This document shows positions 43,124 to 50,103 of a DNA stretch of 64,000 bases, one piece after another (the stretch's first letter is position 1; each line of letters opens with the position of its first letter). The notes under the pieces were generated by a model. That model had not been told where the DNA came from. It did no database searches and saw nothing but the letters and a program-made list of their open reading frames with translations. Made by a program: the position numbers and the translations under genes. The DNA is from Escherichia coli (GTDB taxonomy: Bacteria > Pseudomonadota > Gammaproteobacteria > Enterobacterales > Enterobacteriaceae), in assembly GCF_965641715.1 (NCBI RefSeq), contig NZ_OZ282453.1. One strand, given 5' to 3'.

Positions 43124-43162
43124 CCGGTATCCGGTATCCGGTATAAGCGGGCGTGTATCCGG
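43120..43162. repeat. Internal cluster of TATCCGG/GTATCCGG repeats
   Basis: tTATCCGGTATCCGGTATCCGG (three tandem 7-mers) plus gtatccgg at 43155-43162. The segment cgtgtatccggtagcgggga resembles ctgtgtatccggtcggggtga at the left end. Confidence 0.6.
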
Positions 43163-43356
43163 TAGCGGGGATATGGGCGCGTGTACGTGAAATCTGGCAA
43201 ATTAGCAGGGTAATTGTGAGGGAATTTTTGCGTAGGAGCGTTTGTGGCTGGTAGCTCAAAATTGAGCTTTGCTTTTCATTCAATGACTTAGGTTAATTCT
43301 AGCAAAACGCTAGGATTGAATGTCCGCCAGTCTGCTTCCCCTAGCGTGGGATTTGG

Positions 43357-45723
43357 TCAACGTCTGCGCGGCTGCAAAATTCCTCCGGGTCGTTGTGATT
43401 CACGCTGCATCAGTCGCATCGCTGTGTTTTCTATGGTCTGCTGCAGCGCTTTTGAGTCTTCCTCTGTCCAGCCGTTGTTAGCCTGGATGTTGAACGTATT
43501 GTTCATCGTGATTCCGCCACCGCCTACCAGATCGCGGCCCGGTGTAACTCGTCCACCTTCACCCGGGATCATGTACTGTTTCCCGCCAGTGGATGTAAAT
43601 AGCTCCGGTACTCCGTGCTCCCCGACCCTATAAAGATTGCCACCGTTAACAGCCCCGCCGTTGTAACGAGCGCCAGCCAGTCCAAGCGTTTTGGCGGCAG
43701 CTACGCCAGTAGTAAGCCCGGTAAGTCCAGTGGCCCCAGCGCCGCCCATCGTGGCTACGTTAGCCAGGTATGCAGGAGTGGCCCACGCCGATCCTAATGC
43801 TGTAGCCTCTGCTAGTGCTTTAGCTGTTGCGGCTGCGTTTGCGGCTTCACCAATTAGCTGCTGTTTAACCCACTCAGCACCCATCTGGACAATGCCACCG
43901 ACCACAGAAGACAGGATCGTACTGCCAACGTTGGCAAGTGACTCTTGCAGCGATTGAGTACCGTTTATCAGTCCGGTAAATGCGCTGCCAGCGCCAGACG
44001 ATAACCCATCGACCATATTCCCGATGAGGCCATTTATATCGCTTTGTTTCTTCCACTGCTGCCACTGGAGATCCAGAACCCTTTGTTCATGTGCGATCTC
44101 TTCCTGGCGCAACTGCTCTTCGGTAGCCCCAAGATCTAGAAGCATTTGCTTGCGAACAGCCCATTCATTTTGGATCTTCTGTATTGGGTCAATCTGAGCT
44201 TTCTGCTTATCCTGCTCACTGACAAGACTGTCCCATTTCGCTTTCTGCTTGCGGATGGCTTCAGCTTCATCAATTGCTGCGAGTGTACTTGCTCGCTGTT
44301 TCGCGCTGATCAACCGTTTCTGCTCAGCCGCTTCCAGGTCTTCTACTGCTTTTTTCCGTTTATTGAGCGCCGCTAGTTCGGGATCGTATTTTTCCACCAA
44401 TGAAAGGCCGCTTGCTTCCTTACGTTCGCGTTCTCTTTGTGCCTGTTTGGCTGCCTGCTTAGCGGCGTTTTCTGCTTGTTTGGCTGCTCTTTCTTTCGCC
44501 CTGGTGTTCTCTTCTTCCTTGCGCTTATTCTCTTCTAACTCCTTGTTTTGTTCGCGTAATTTAACGATTTCCTCATGATGCGCCTTTGTCAGCTGGCCTT
44601 CTTTCAGTGCCCGATCTATATCAGCGTTTGCGTTGCCTTTTAGCTGTTCCTGTTTAACTTGCAGATGTTTAATCATCATTTCGCCAGTGGCAATCGCTGC
44701 CGCAGACGCTCCAGCATTCAGAGCTTCATTTAACGCTCTCTGACGTTCTTCTGCTGTTAATGCCTCGTTGCTGTATCGAAGTAGCGCATCAACGTATTTC
44801 TCCAGTTCTGCGCGGCCTGCCGCAGTTGCTGGTTCCATTGCTTTTAGGATGCTCAGAAGGCTTTGCGCTTCATAGGAAGACGGGTTTTTGCGGAACTGCG
44901 CCATAGCGTTATAAAGCGCCATAGCTTCACCCTCTGTGATTCTGTACTTAGCTCCCAGCCCTTCAATGACCGCTGATAACTGTTTGCCAAGCGCTGCACC
45001 GAATGCGCCTTCCTTGCTTAATTTGTTGAGCACTTCACTCAGTGAATTTCCTGACACGCCCAGCGCGTCGAGTTCTCTTGCTACCGTTCCCAGGTCGCCG
45101 CCTTTCATCCATCCTGCATTAGAAAATTCAGTGATAGCCCGGCCCGCTTCCCGCGTTTCTTCCTGGAGTGTTTTTAGCGCCCGCACGGCCTGCTCTTTCA
45201 TTACGGCGGCGGCAATGGCGTTGTTCTGTGTGGCTTCGTAATATGAATCACTGAAAGCGTTAACGCCCTGGGTGGATTTGCCGATCACGGCGTCGATTGA
45301 TGCTAATGCCTCCTTCATCCTTTCAGCGCTATCCGTTGCGTCGTCCATGCTGTCCGTTAGGCTGTTGGCAATCGCCCCGCCAATAGCCATCACCGCCCCC
45401 ATGACCGCACCGCCAGTACCGAAGGCAGCGGCAAGTTGTGCACCCTGCACAGCGAACGCCTGGAGCGCATTACCGCCCATCTGCAATTGAGTGGCAAGGT
45501 CTGCGATCTGGTATGATGCGTTACGGATTGCCGGGGAAAGGTTGGTTTTGACTGCGGCAGACGTTTTGGTCATCTGCGTGTTCAGTTTTTTGACGCCACT
45601 GTCAGCGCGTTTTGCGCCGCGTTCTATACTGTCAAAAGCCTGGTCCGCTTCTTGTTGTGCTGCCAGGAGTTTACCAGTACGGGCGTCGACCTCATAGTAT
45701 ATGGTCCCAAGATTCCCACTCAT
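43357..45723 (-). CDS. Phage tail tape-measure protein, lambda gpH-like, 788 aa, apparently full length
   Basis: The N-terminal YQIADLATQLQMGG segment, the long E/K/A/Q coiled-coil core, and the Gly-rich hydrophobic C-terminal region ending GG..YRVGEHGVPELF ... NNTFNIQANNG match my memory of gpH domain order. Confidence 0.8.
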   Translation of the reverse strand: MSGNLGTIYYEVDARTGKLLAAQQEADQAFDSIERGAKRADSGVKKLNTQMTKTSAAVKTNLSPAIRNASYQIADLATQLQMGGNALQAFAVQGAQLAAAFGTGGAVMGAVMAIGGAIANSLTDSMDDATDSAERMKEALASIDAVIGKSTQGVNAFSDSYYEATQNNAIAAAVMKEQAVRALKTLQEETREAGRAITEFSNAGWMKGGDLGTVARELDALGVSGNSLSEVLNKLSKEGAFGAALGKQLSAVIEGLGAKYRITEGEAMALYNAMAQFRKNPSSYEAQSLLSILKAMEPATAAGRAELEKYVDALLRYSNEALTAEERQRALNEALNAGASAAAIATGEMMIKHLQVKQEQLKGNANADIDRALKEGQLTKAHHEEIVKLREQNKELEENKRKEEENTRAKERAAKQAENAAKQAAKQAQRERERKEASGLSLVEKYDPELAALNKRKKAVEDLEAAEQKRLISAKQRASTLAAIDEAEAIRKQKAKWDSLVSEQDKQKAQIDPIQKIQNEWAVRKQMLLDLGATEEQLRQEEIAHEQRVLDLQWQQWKKQSDINGLIGNMVDGLSSGAGSAFTGLINGTQSLQESLANVGSTILSSVVGGIVQMGAEWVKQQLIGEAANAAATAKALAEATALGSAWATPAYLANVATMGGAGATGLTGLTTGVAAAKTLGLAGARYNGGAVNGGNLYRVGEHGVPELFTSTGGKQYMIPGEGGRVTPGRDLVGGGGITMNNTFNIQANNGWTEEDSKALQQTIENTAMRLMQRESQRPGGILQPRRR

Positions 45724-46012
45724 AATATCTTTATCCGCGTTGTGCGGACACCTCCGATTATTCTTTACTCTAATAATTTCACAATGAAACAGTTTATTGC
45801 CGCTTCAGTGGCTTCGTGTTCCGGTTTGCTTCGATCAATCACAAAAAATACAGCTTAATAGAATCAATGGCTTATAAAGTTGTATTAGCTATGTTTCTTC
45901 GTCCGTGCCACTGAAAACCCAGTTTTTCCAATGGAATCAATACTGATATGTATCCATACTGTTTTTCACATAATGTACGTTATGCGCACTACGGGAAACG
46001 TACTGAATTTAT

Positions 46013-46243
46013 TTACTGGTCGCCGTTCAGTTCATGCAGAGTCTGTTCTGGCAATGAATCCAGCCAGTTTTCTGCATCCTCCCTGTAACACTCCAGGATG
46101 CAACGGTTTGTGAAGTTGATGAAAGCGGTCAGTGATTCTGCTTCGTCGTTCCTGTGCGTTCTCCTGGCGTGCTTGCGTAGTCGTTTCGCGTCTGCCAGTT
46201 GGTCATTGAGTATCTTCAGTCTGTCGGCAATATCATCGTTCAT
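46013..46243 (-). CDS. Hypothetical 76-aa helical protein
   Basis: GGGAGAG RBS 5 nt upstream of the ATG; protein-like charged helical composition; no family recognised. Confidence 0.55.
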   Translation of the reverse strand: MNDDIADRLKILNDQLADAKRLRKHARRTHRNDEAESLTAFINFTNRCILECYREDAENWLDSLPEQTLHELNGDQ

Positions 46244-46378
46244 GTCGTCTCTCCCTCGCGCGCGCGTCGTACTTGTCCGAAAATTACCCCCATAAAAGCG
46301 CCCCTCATATAGTGCAAAATCCCGGCTGACGCGGATCTCAGTGGGTTTTAGCAGTGAAAACTGACATCAAAAACGGCT

Positions 46379-46426
46379 CGCTAAGGTCCGCTAAGTATCC
46401 GCTATCGTTCGCTAACCCCCCGCTAA
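46379..46426. repeat. Five phased CGCTAA (minus strand TTAGCG) direct repeats
   Basis: Copies start at 46379, 46389, 46400 (CGCTAT), 46410 and 46421. The spacings of 10, 11, 10 and 11 bp equal one helical turn. Confidence 0.85.
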
Positions 46427-46430
46427 CCTA

Positions 46431-46796
46431 TTAGATATCGCATCCAACGCTATTGAGCTGGCTATGTATATCGGCGCGAATTAACTTCAGGCGTTTACAA
46501 AATTCGCGTTCTTCCGAATTAAGCTCGCGGCCACCTTGTTTCGAGGCAATGAGCTTGTTGATGGTGGAAAGCGAATATTCACTCCATATACGAAGCATTT
46601 GTCGCTTCATTGGTTGCTCGCTCAATGGTGAGTTTTTCAGGTCTGACACGCGCTCTGCGACGGTTCTTGCGATGCCTTGTACCACTCGTAGTGCCAACAT
46701 GATGATTTTCTCCGGACTTGTGCTAATATAGTTCCCGAACATTGTTTCGAGACTGCTTATCCTGTTTGTCTTGTCCGATTTGTTCATTGGTCGCAT
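46431..46796 (-). CDS. Hypothetical 121-aa protein
   Basis: ORF with protein-like composition (…IIMLALRVVQGIARTVAERVSDL…) but no obvious SD. A hairpin lies just upstream, and the stop abuts the CGCTAA array. Confidence 0.5.
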   Translation of the reverse strand: MRPMNKSDKTNRISSLETMFGNYISTSPEKIIMLALRVVQGIARTVAERVSDLKNSPLSEQPMKRQMLRIWSEYSLSTINKLIASKQGGRELNSEEREFCKRLKLIRADIHSQLNSVGCDI

Positions 46797-46838
46797 TGTT
46801 AAGTCAGCCGGGGTAATTCCCGGCTTTCTTTTATCCGA

Positions 46839-47381
46839 TCAGTACCGAATCCCTATCGCATTGAATACGCGTTTCCGTTGCTCAGCTTCAGGATCGGCGG
46901 CCATTTCTGGTTCTGGCTCCGGCATAGACGGGGCGGCATCAAAATGCTCAATTTCACGACCGAAATACGAGTTCAGGTCAATACCTGCCGAACTATCCAC
47001 TCCATCAAAATAGCGACGCTGTTCCTCGGTGAGACAGCTACCCAGACGTTCCTCAACCTGCGCCATAAACTCAGCATCCGGTGAGAAGTACTCATCCGGA
47101 GTCGGAGCACCGCTCTGTTTGTGCATCTCCATTTTCTCTGCGTTCGTTTTCAGCCCGGCAATGCGTTTCTCCAGTCCGGCGGCTTTAATAGCGTCAGCAA
47201 CGATTTGTGGGATCTGCGGTTTAATTATTTCGATAACTTCATTGCTGATTAATTTAAACTGGGCCATACGGATCGCTTTAATCTGCTTATTTAACAGTGC
47301 GCGTTCCCCTTCGTTGGCGGTTTTATCACGCTGTGCTACCAGTTCATCGCCTTTGTTTGTCAGTACATCAAATGCGTCCAT
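46839..47381 (-). CDS. Hypothetical 180-aa protein with acidic, Pro-rich C-terminal part
   Basis: Strong RBS GGAGGAGG; starts 17 nt after the stop of the 108-aa ORF. Confidence 0.65.
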   Translation of the reverse strand: MDAFDVLTNKGDELVAQRDKTANEGERALLNKQIKAIRMAQFKLISNEVIEIIKPQIPQIVADAIKAAGLEKRIAGLKTNAEKMEMHKQSGAPTPDEYFSPDAEFMAQVEERLGSCLTEEQRRYFDGVDSSAGIDLNSYFGREIEHFDAAPSMPEPEPEMAADPEAEQRKRVFNAIGIRY

Positions 47382-47398
47382 TGTCTTTCCTCCTCCGA

Positions 47399-47725
47399 TT
47401 ATTTAAAAGTGCTTATTGACACGCCGAAACGACGACTTAATTCAAAAAGGAGTCGCGCCTTTGCAGTGCCTTCCATGTCTTCCGGCATTTCAGACTGAAG
47501 TTTATCAGCTACTTCATCAACAAGTGGCCGAACCGTTTCCACGAACTTGTCCGCAATATAATCAGCAGAACGCATCACTTTTTCCTGGAATTCCTCACGG
47601 CGTACCTGGGCGGCTGATTTAGGGGCTGTCGTGCGCTGAAAATAACTGTCTAATGAATGCATGGCATCTGCTCCTTTTACTTTGATTGCTGTTATTTCTT
47701 TAATTGTGTTTGCTTTGATTTTCAT
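47399..47725 (-). CDS. Hypothetical 108-aa protein
   Basis: AAGGA RBS; first gene downstream of alpA in the same orientation. Confidence 0.55.
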   Translation of the reverse strand: MKIKANTIKEITAIKVKGADAMHSLDSYFQRTTAPKSAAQVRREEFQEKVMRSADYIADKFVETVRPLVDEVADKLQSEMPEDMEGTAKARLLFELSRRFGVSISTFK

Positions 47726-47801
47726 GCTGCCTATTCCTTCAGAAATTGCGGTAGTTTGCTTTTTAAATCAATAAGTTATTTGATAATCTCAGTAGCTGTT
47801 T

Positions 47802-47993
47802 TCATTGGTGGCGAGCGCCTTTGTTTTTATAGAATTCCAAAATCTCAGATCGGATAAACTTAATTCTTGAGCCAATCGGACTGACCGGGACGGGCCAGCC
47901 TTTAATCTTGTTCATCCACCGGAATATTGTCCGACGGGTAACGCCGAATAAAGCTGCTACCTCGTTAACCGTCATTAATTCGCTATCATTCAT
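47802..47993 (-). CDS. AlpA-family (Phage_AlpA/HTH_17) transcriptional regulator / excisionase-like protein, 63 aa
   Basis: LMTVNEVAALFGVTRRTIFRWMNKIKGWPVPVSPIGSRIKFIRSEILEF is the typical AlpA/MerR-like HTH. GAGGTGAG RBS. Confidence 0.85.
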   Translation of the reverse strand: MNDSELMTVNEVAALFGVTRRTIFRWMNKIKGWPVPVSPIGSRIKFIRSEILEFYKNKGARHQ

Positions 47994-47996
47994 GTT

Positions 47997-48046
47997 CTCA
48001 CCTCAAAAAGTAGCGGTGAGGAAAATATGGAGAAAACCCTCACCGC
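47997..48046 (-). promoter_or_regulatory. Terminator-like leader hairpin immediately upstream of alpA; one arm duplicates the SD
   Basis: mRNA sense: GCGGTGAGG-N16-CCTCACCGC (9-bp perfect stem), then UACUUUUU, then GAGGUGAG (SD), then AAC-AUG. The 3' arm can also pair with the SD (CUCACC/GGUGAG). Confidence 0.55.
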
Positions 48047-48090
48047 GCCCTGAATGAAATTAAAGACCAACATTACTGTTGATACTTATT

Positions 48091-48096
48091 ATTATA
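48091..48096 (-). promoter_or_regulatory. Candidate -10 (perfect TATAAT) for the alpA operon
   Basis: Minus strand reads ggaaTATAATaa, about 95 nt upstream of the alpA ATG. The -35 is weak (ATGTGA). Confidence 0.3.
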
Positions 48097-48185
48097 TTCC
48101 TCCTGTCCCTGTTTCACATCTTTTACCATATAGTGAAAGGGGATATTCTGTAATGTTTACAAAACTTTTAATTAGCAAAAAATAA

Positions 48186-48306
48186 TTGCGCATCTCACGT
48201 AATGCAGGGATAATATTACTCAAGGGCTGGTTGCCCTTACTCAAAATGTGATCTATAACTACAACGATCTATTTCACTTCCCCGCTTTCTCCGGCGGGAT
48301 TTTTTT
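48186..48306 (+). ncRNA. Candidate ~85-nt plus-strand sRNA (promoter through terminator)
   Basis: TTGCGC-N17-GATAAT at 48186-48214. 5' hairpin aagggc-tggtt-gccctt at 48222-48238. 3' hairpin cccgc-N8-gcggg followed by a run of seven T at 48300-48306. Confidence 0.3.
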
Positions 48307-49118
48307 GCCTGCAATCTGGCACCATTGCGCACATTAAAATTAGATGCCATTTAAAAGCGATATAACGCGTTCTGCCGGGCTTAATTTTGGCTATCCACTT
48401 GGAAGGGTAAGCCTGTTTTGATTCGTCTGGCGTGGAATGGTGCGGCGGTAATATCAGATCTCAGCGTTCTGCGTGGTGGGATGAAATAGCCTGGCAGGAT
48501 TTGCGTGTGGTTTGCTCTCCCAAAAAATGGGGTAATGGCGCTGGCTGGATGGCAGGACTCCGCGCTGATTACTGGATGGCTGAAAATTTAATGAAATCGC
48601 ATCAATTTTAATGCGTCTAAATCGCTCTGTGGCGACGTGAAGTTTTCAGGTAAGCAAGTGTAGCTGTGTGGTGTGTTCATCGCGTTACTGGCACCATTCC
48701 GTTCGAATTTGGCGCTATCAGGATGGTTTGCGGTGGTCGGCGGCGGGGATAAACTTGCTTGAGTGGTCACCTCAGCCTGCTGTGCGTCGTGTGATGGTAC
48801 TGTCTGCACCTGGCTATACGCTGCTTTGCTGCTGTTTCCTGTCTGGTCTGTATACGCGATAAAACCCATCGGCTTTACAGTGAGTGAGTTTTTTGCGCTT
48901 TGCTTTCCATTCGGTTTGCTTACTGCTGCTGTGTGTCTGTGCGGTAGCTCAGAAAGCTGTCGATGATAACCATCACTGCCAGACCGTCTTTTGAGCTGGC
49001 GATTGCTCGAAGTCTTCCGAAGGTCCGCTGGGCTTGTTGCTTGTTTGTGTTCTTTTAAAATGCGCGCCTCTTACTTTCTCTTAAAAAGAAAAAAGGAATA
49101 TACAGATCTCATACTATG

Positions 49119-49273
49119 TGTGTCCCAAATGTCACACGTCATGGCCTGACCTGTATCCCAAATGTCACACGTCACCCTCTGACCTGTATCCCAAATGTCA
49201 CACGTACCTGTGTCCCAAATGTCACACGTCTATTGTTAATTAATTGTTGACCTGTGTCTCAAATGTCACACGT
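49119..49273. repeat. Five direct 21-bp iterons TGTRTCCCAAATGTCACACGT (putative ori)
   Basis: Copies at 49119-49139, 49152-49172, 49185-49205, 49209-49229 and 49253-49273 (one mismatch). Start spacings are 33, 33, 24 and 44 bp. Four copies are preceded by (G)ACCTG. An AT-rich tract with AGATCT lies at 49081-49110. Confidence 0.85.
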
Positions 49274-49290
49274 CTGTTGATGGTTTAAGT

Positions 49291-49320
49291 AATAAAAAGG
49301 GCCACCATTTTAGGTGACCC
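49291..49320 (-). terminator. Terminator after the Rep-like gene
   Basis: Minus strand reads gggtcacc-taaaat-ggtggccc followed by TTTTTATT. Confidence 0.7.
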
Positions 49321-49338
49321 ATTGATGCGTTTTAGTCG

Positions 49339-50103
49339 TTATCTTGCGTTCTCGACCTGAAAAAGCATTCTGTATTTTCTTGCGTGCTGACCAATAACAT
49401 ATTCCCCGTATGGCTCAATGAGTCCTAACTCAACCAGGATTTTCATCTGGCGAATTACGGTGCGGCGATTCATGCCCCATTCATCAGCTATTTTTGCCTG
49501 GCAAACTTCAGATACATAAGATCCATCATTCTGCTTTCTTGCTGCTGATGCAATGCTGGATAATACGCTCCAGGCTGTAGCTTTAGCTTTATTCTCGCAA
49601 CCACTTCTGACAAATGCCTTACGTGCCGCACCCAAACAGACATAACTGCAATAAATTCCTTTTTCTTCCGTTTGGTATTGTGTCTCTTTATCCTGCATGG
49701 CTTCCGGTTCTTCCGGCGCTTCCTGCTGTGGTGCTGTCTGCGAAGTTTTAGCGGCCATACTGCGTAGCTCGTTCACGATATCAGTAGCTGATTTCTTCTC
49801 GCTTTTAGTTTCCTGCGTGACTGATAAATACTCACCTTGTAACGCCAGGAAGTCAGCGCGGGCGTTTGCCTGGCTTTGTTCTGGTGATTCAGGTTCTGCA
49901 TCGGCAGGTGATGAAATCGGTGATACACGCGCCCAGCCTGTTTTGGCGTTGCATTCCCAGCGATAACCATTAAAGCGGATATCATTCAGGCCATCATCAA
50001 TGGCGCTCCGTACTTCTTCCGGGATCGCGTCGATTTTCTGAAGGCTGTGTTTACCGAGTGATTCGCCTTGCCGTGGGGCGTAGGCGGTTGGTAAAATATT
50101 CAT
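49339..50103 (-). CDS. Putative iteron-binding replication initiator / winged-helix DNA-binding protein, 254 aa
   Basis: AAGGAGAA RBS. The C-terminal segment IADEWGMNRRTVIRQMKILVELGLIEP is a wHTH-like motif. A long acidic Q/E/P-rich linker is present. The gene is directly followed by a terminator and the iteron array. No primase or helicase motifs. Confidence 0.55.
   Translation of the reverse strand: MNILPTAYAPRQGESLGKHSLQKIDAIPEEVRSAIDDGLNDIRFNGYRWECNAKTGWARVSPISSPADAEPESPEQSQANARADFLALQGEYLSVTQETKSEKKSATDIVNELRSMAAKTSQTAPQQEAPEEPEAMQDKETQYQTEEKGIYCSYVCLGAARKAFVRSGCENKAKATAWSVLSSIASAARKQNDGSYVSEVCQAKIADEWGMNRRTVIRQMKILVELGLIEPYGEYVIGQHARKYRMLFQVENAR

Noticed and set aside
43080-43283. 67-aa minus-strand ORF downstream of the tape-measure gene.
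   Set aside because: Its sequence (…TGYTPAYTGYRIPDK…) is simply the translation of the TATCCGG tandem repeats and terminator hairpins. It has no RBS.
43357-45723. Reading the 788-aa coiled-coil protein as an SMC/Rad50-like or ATPase defence protein.
   Set aside because: It has no Walker A/B or other NTPase motifs. The terminal regions match tape-measure architecture (hydrophobic Gly-rich C-terminal segment, gpH-like ends).
48588-48869. 93-aa ORF in the ORF-poor region as a real gene.
   Set aside because: It is a low-complexity S/T/Q/P-rich product with no SD. The frame is open upstream without a start. More likely it is a fragment of a decayed gene or a chance ORF; it is discussed under the ORF-poor-region finding.
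49119-49273. Could the five 21-bp direct repeats be a small CRISPR array?
   Set aside because: Spacers are only 3-23 bp and irregular in length. There are no cas genes. The repeats sit next to a Rep-like gene with AT-rich flanks. An iteron/operator array is the better reading.
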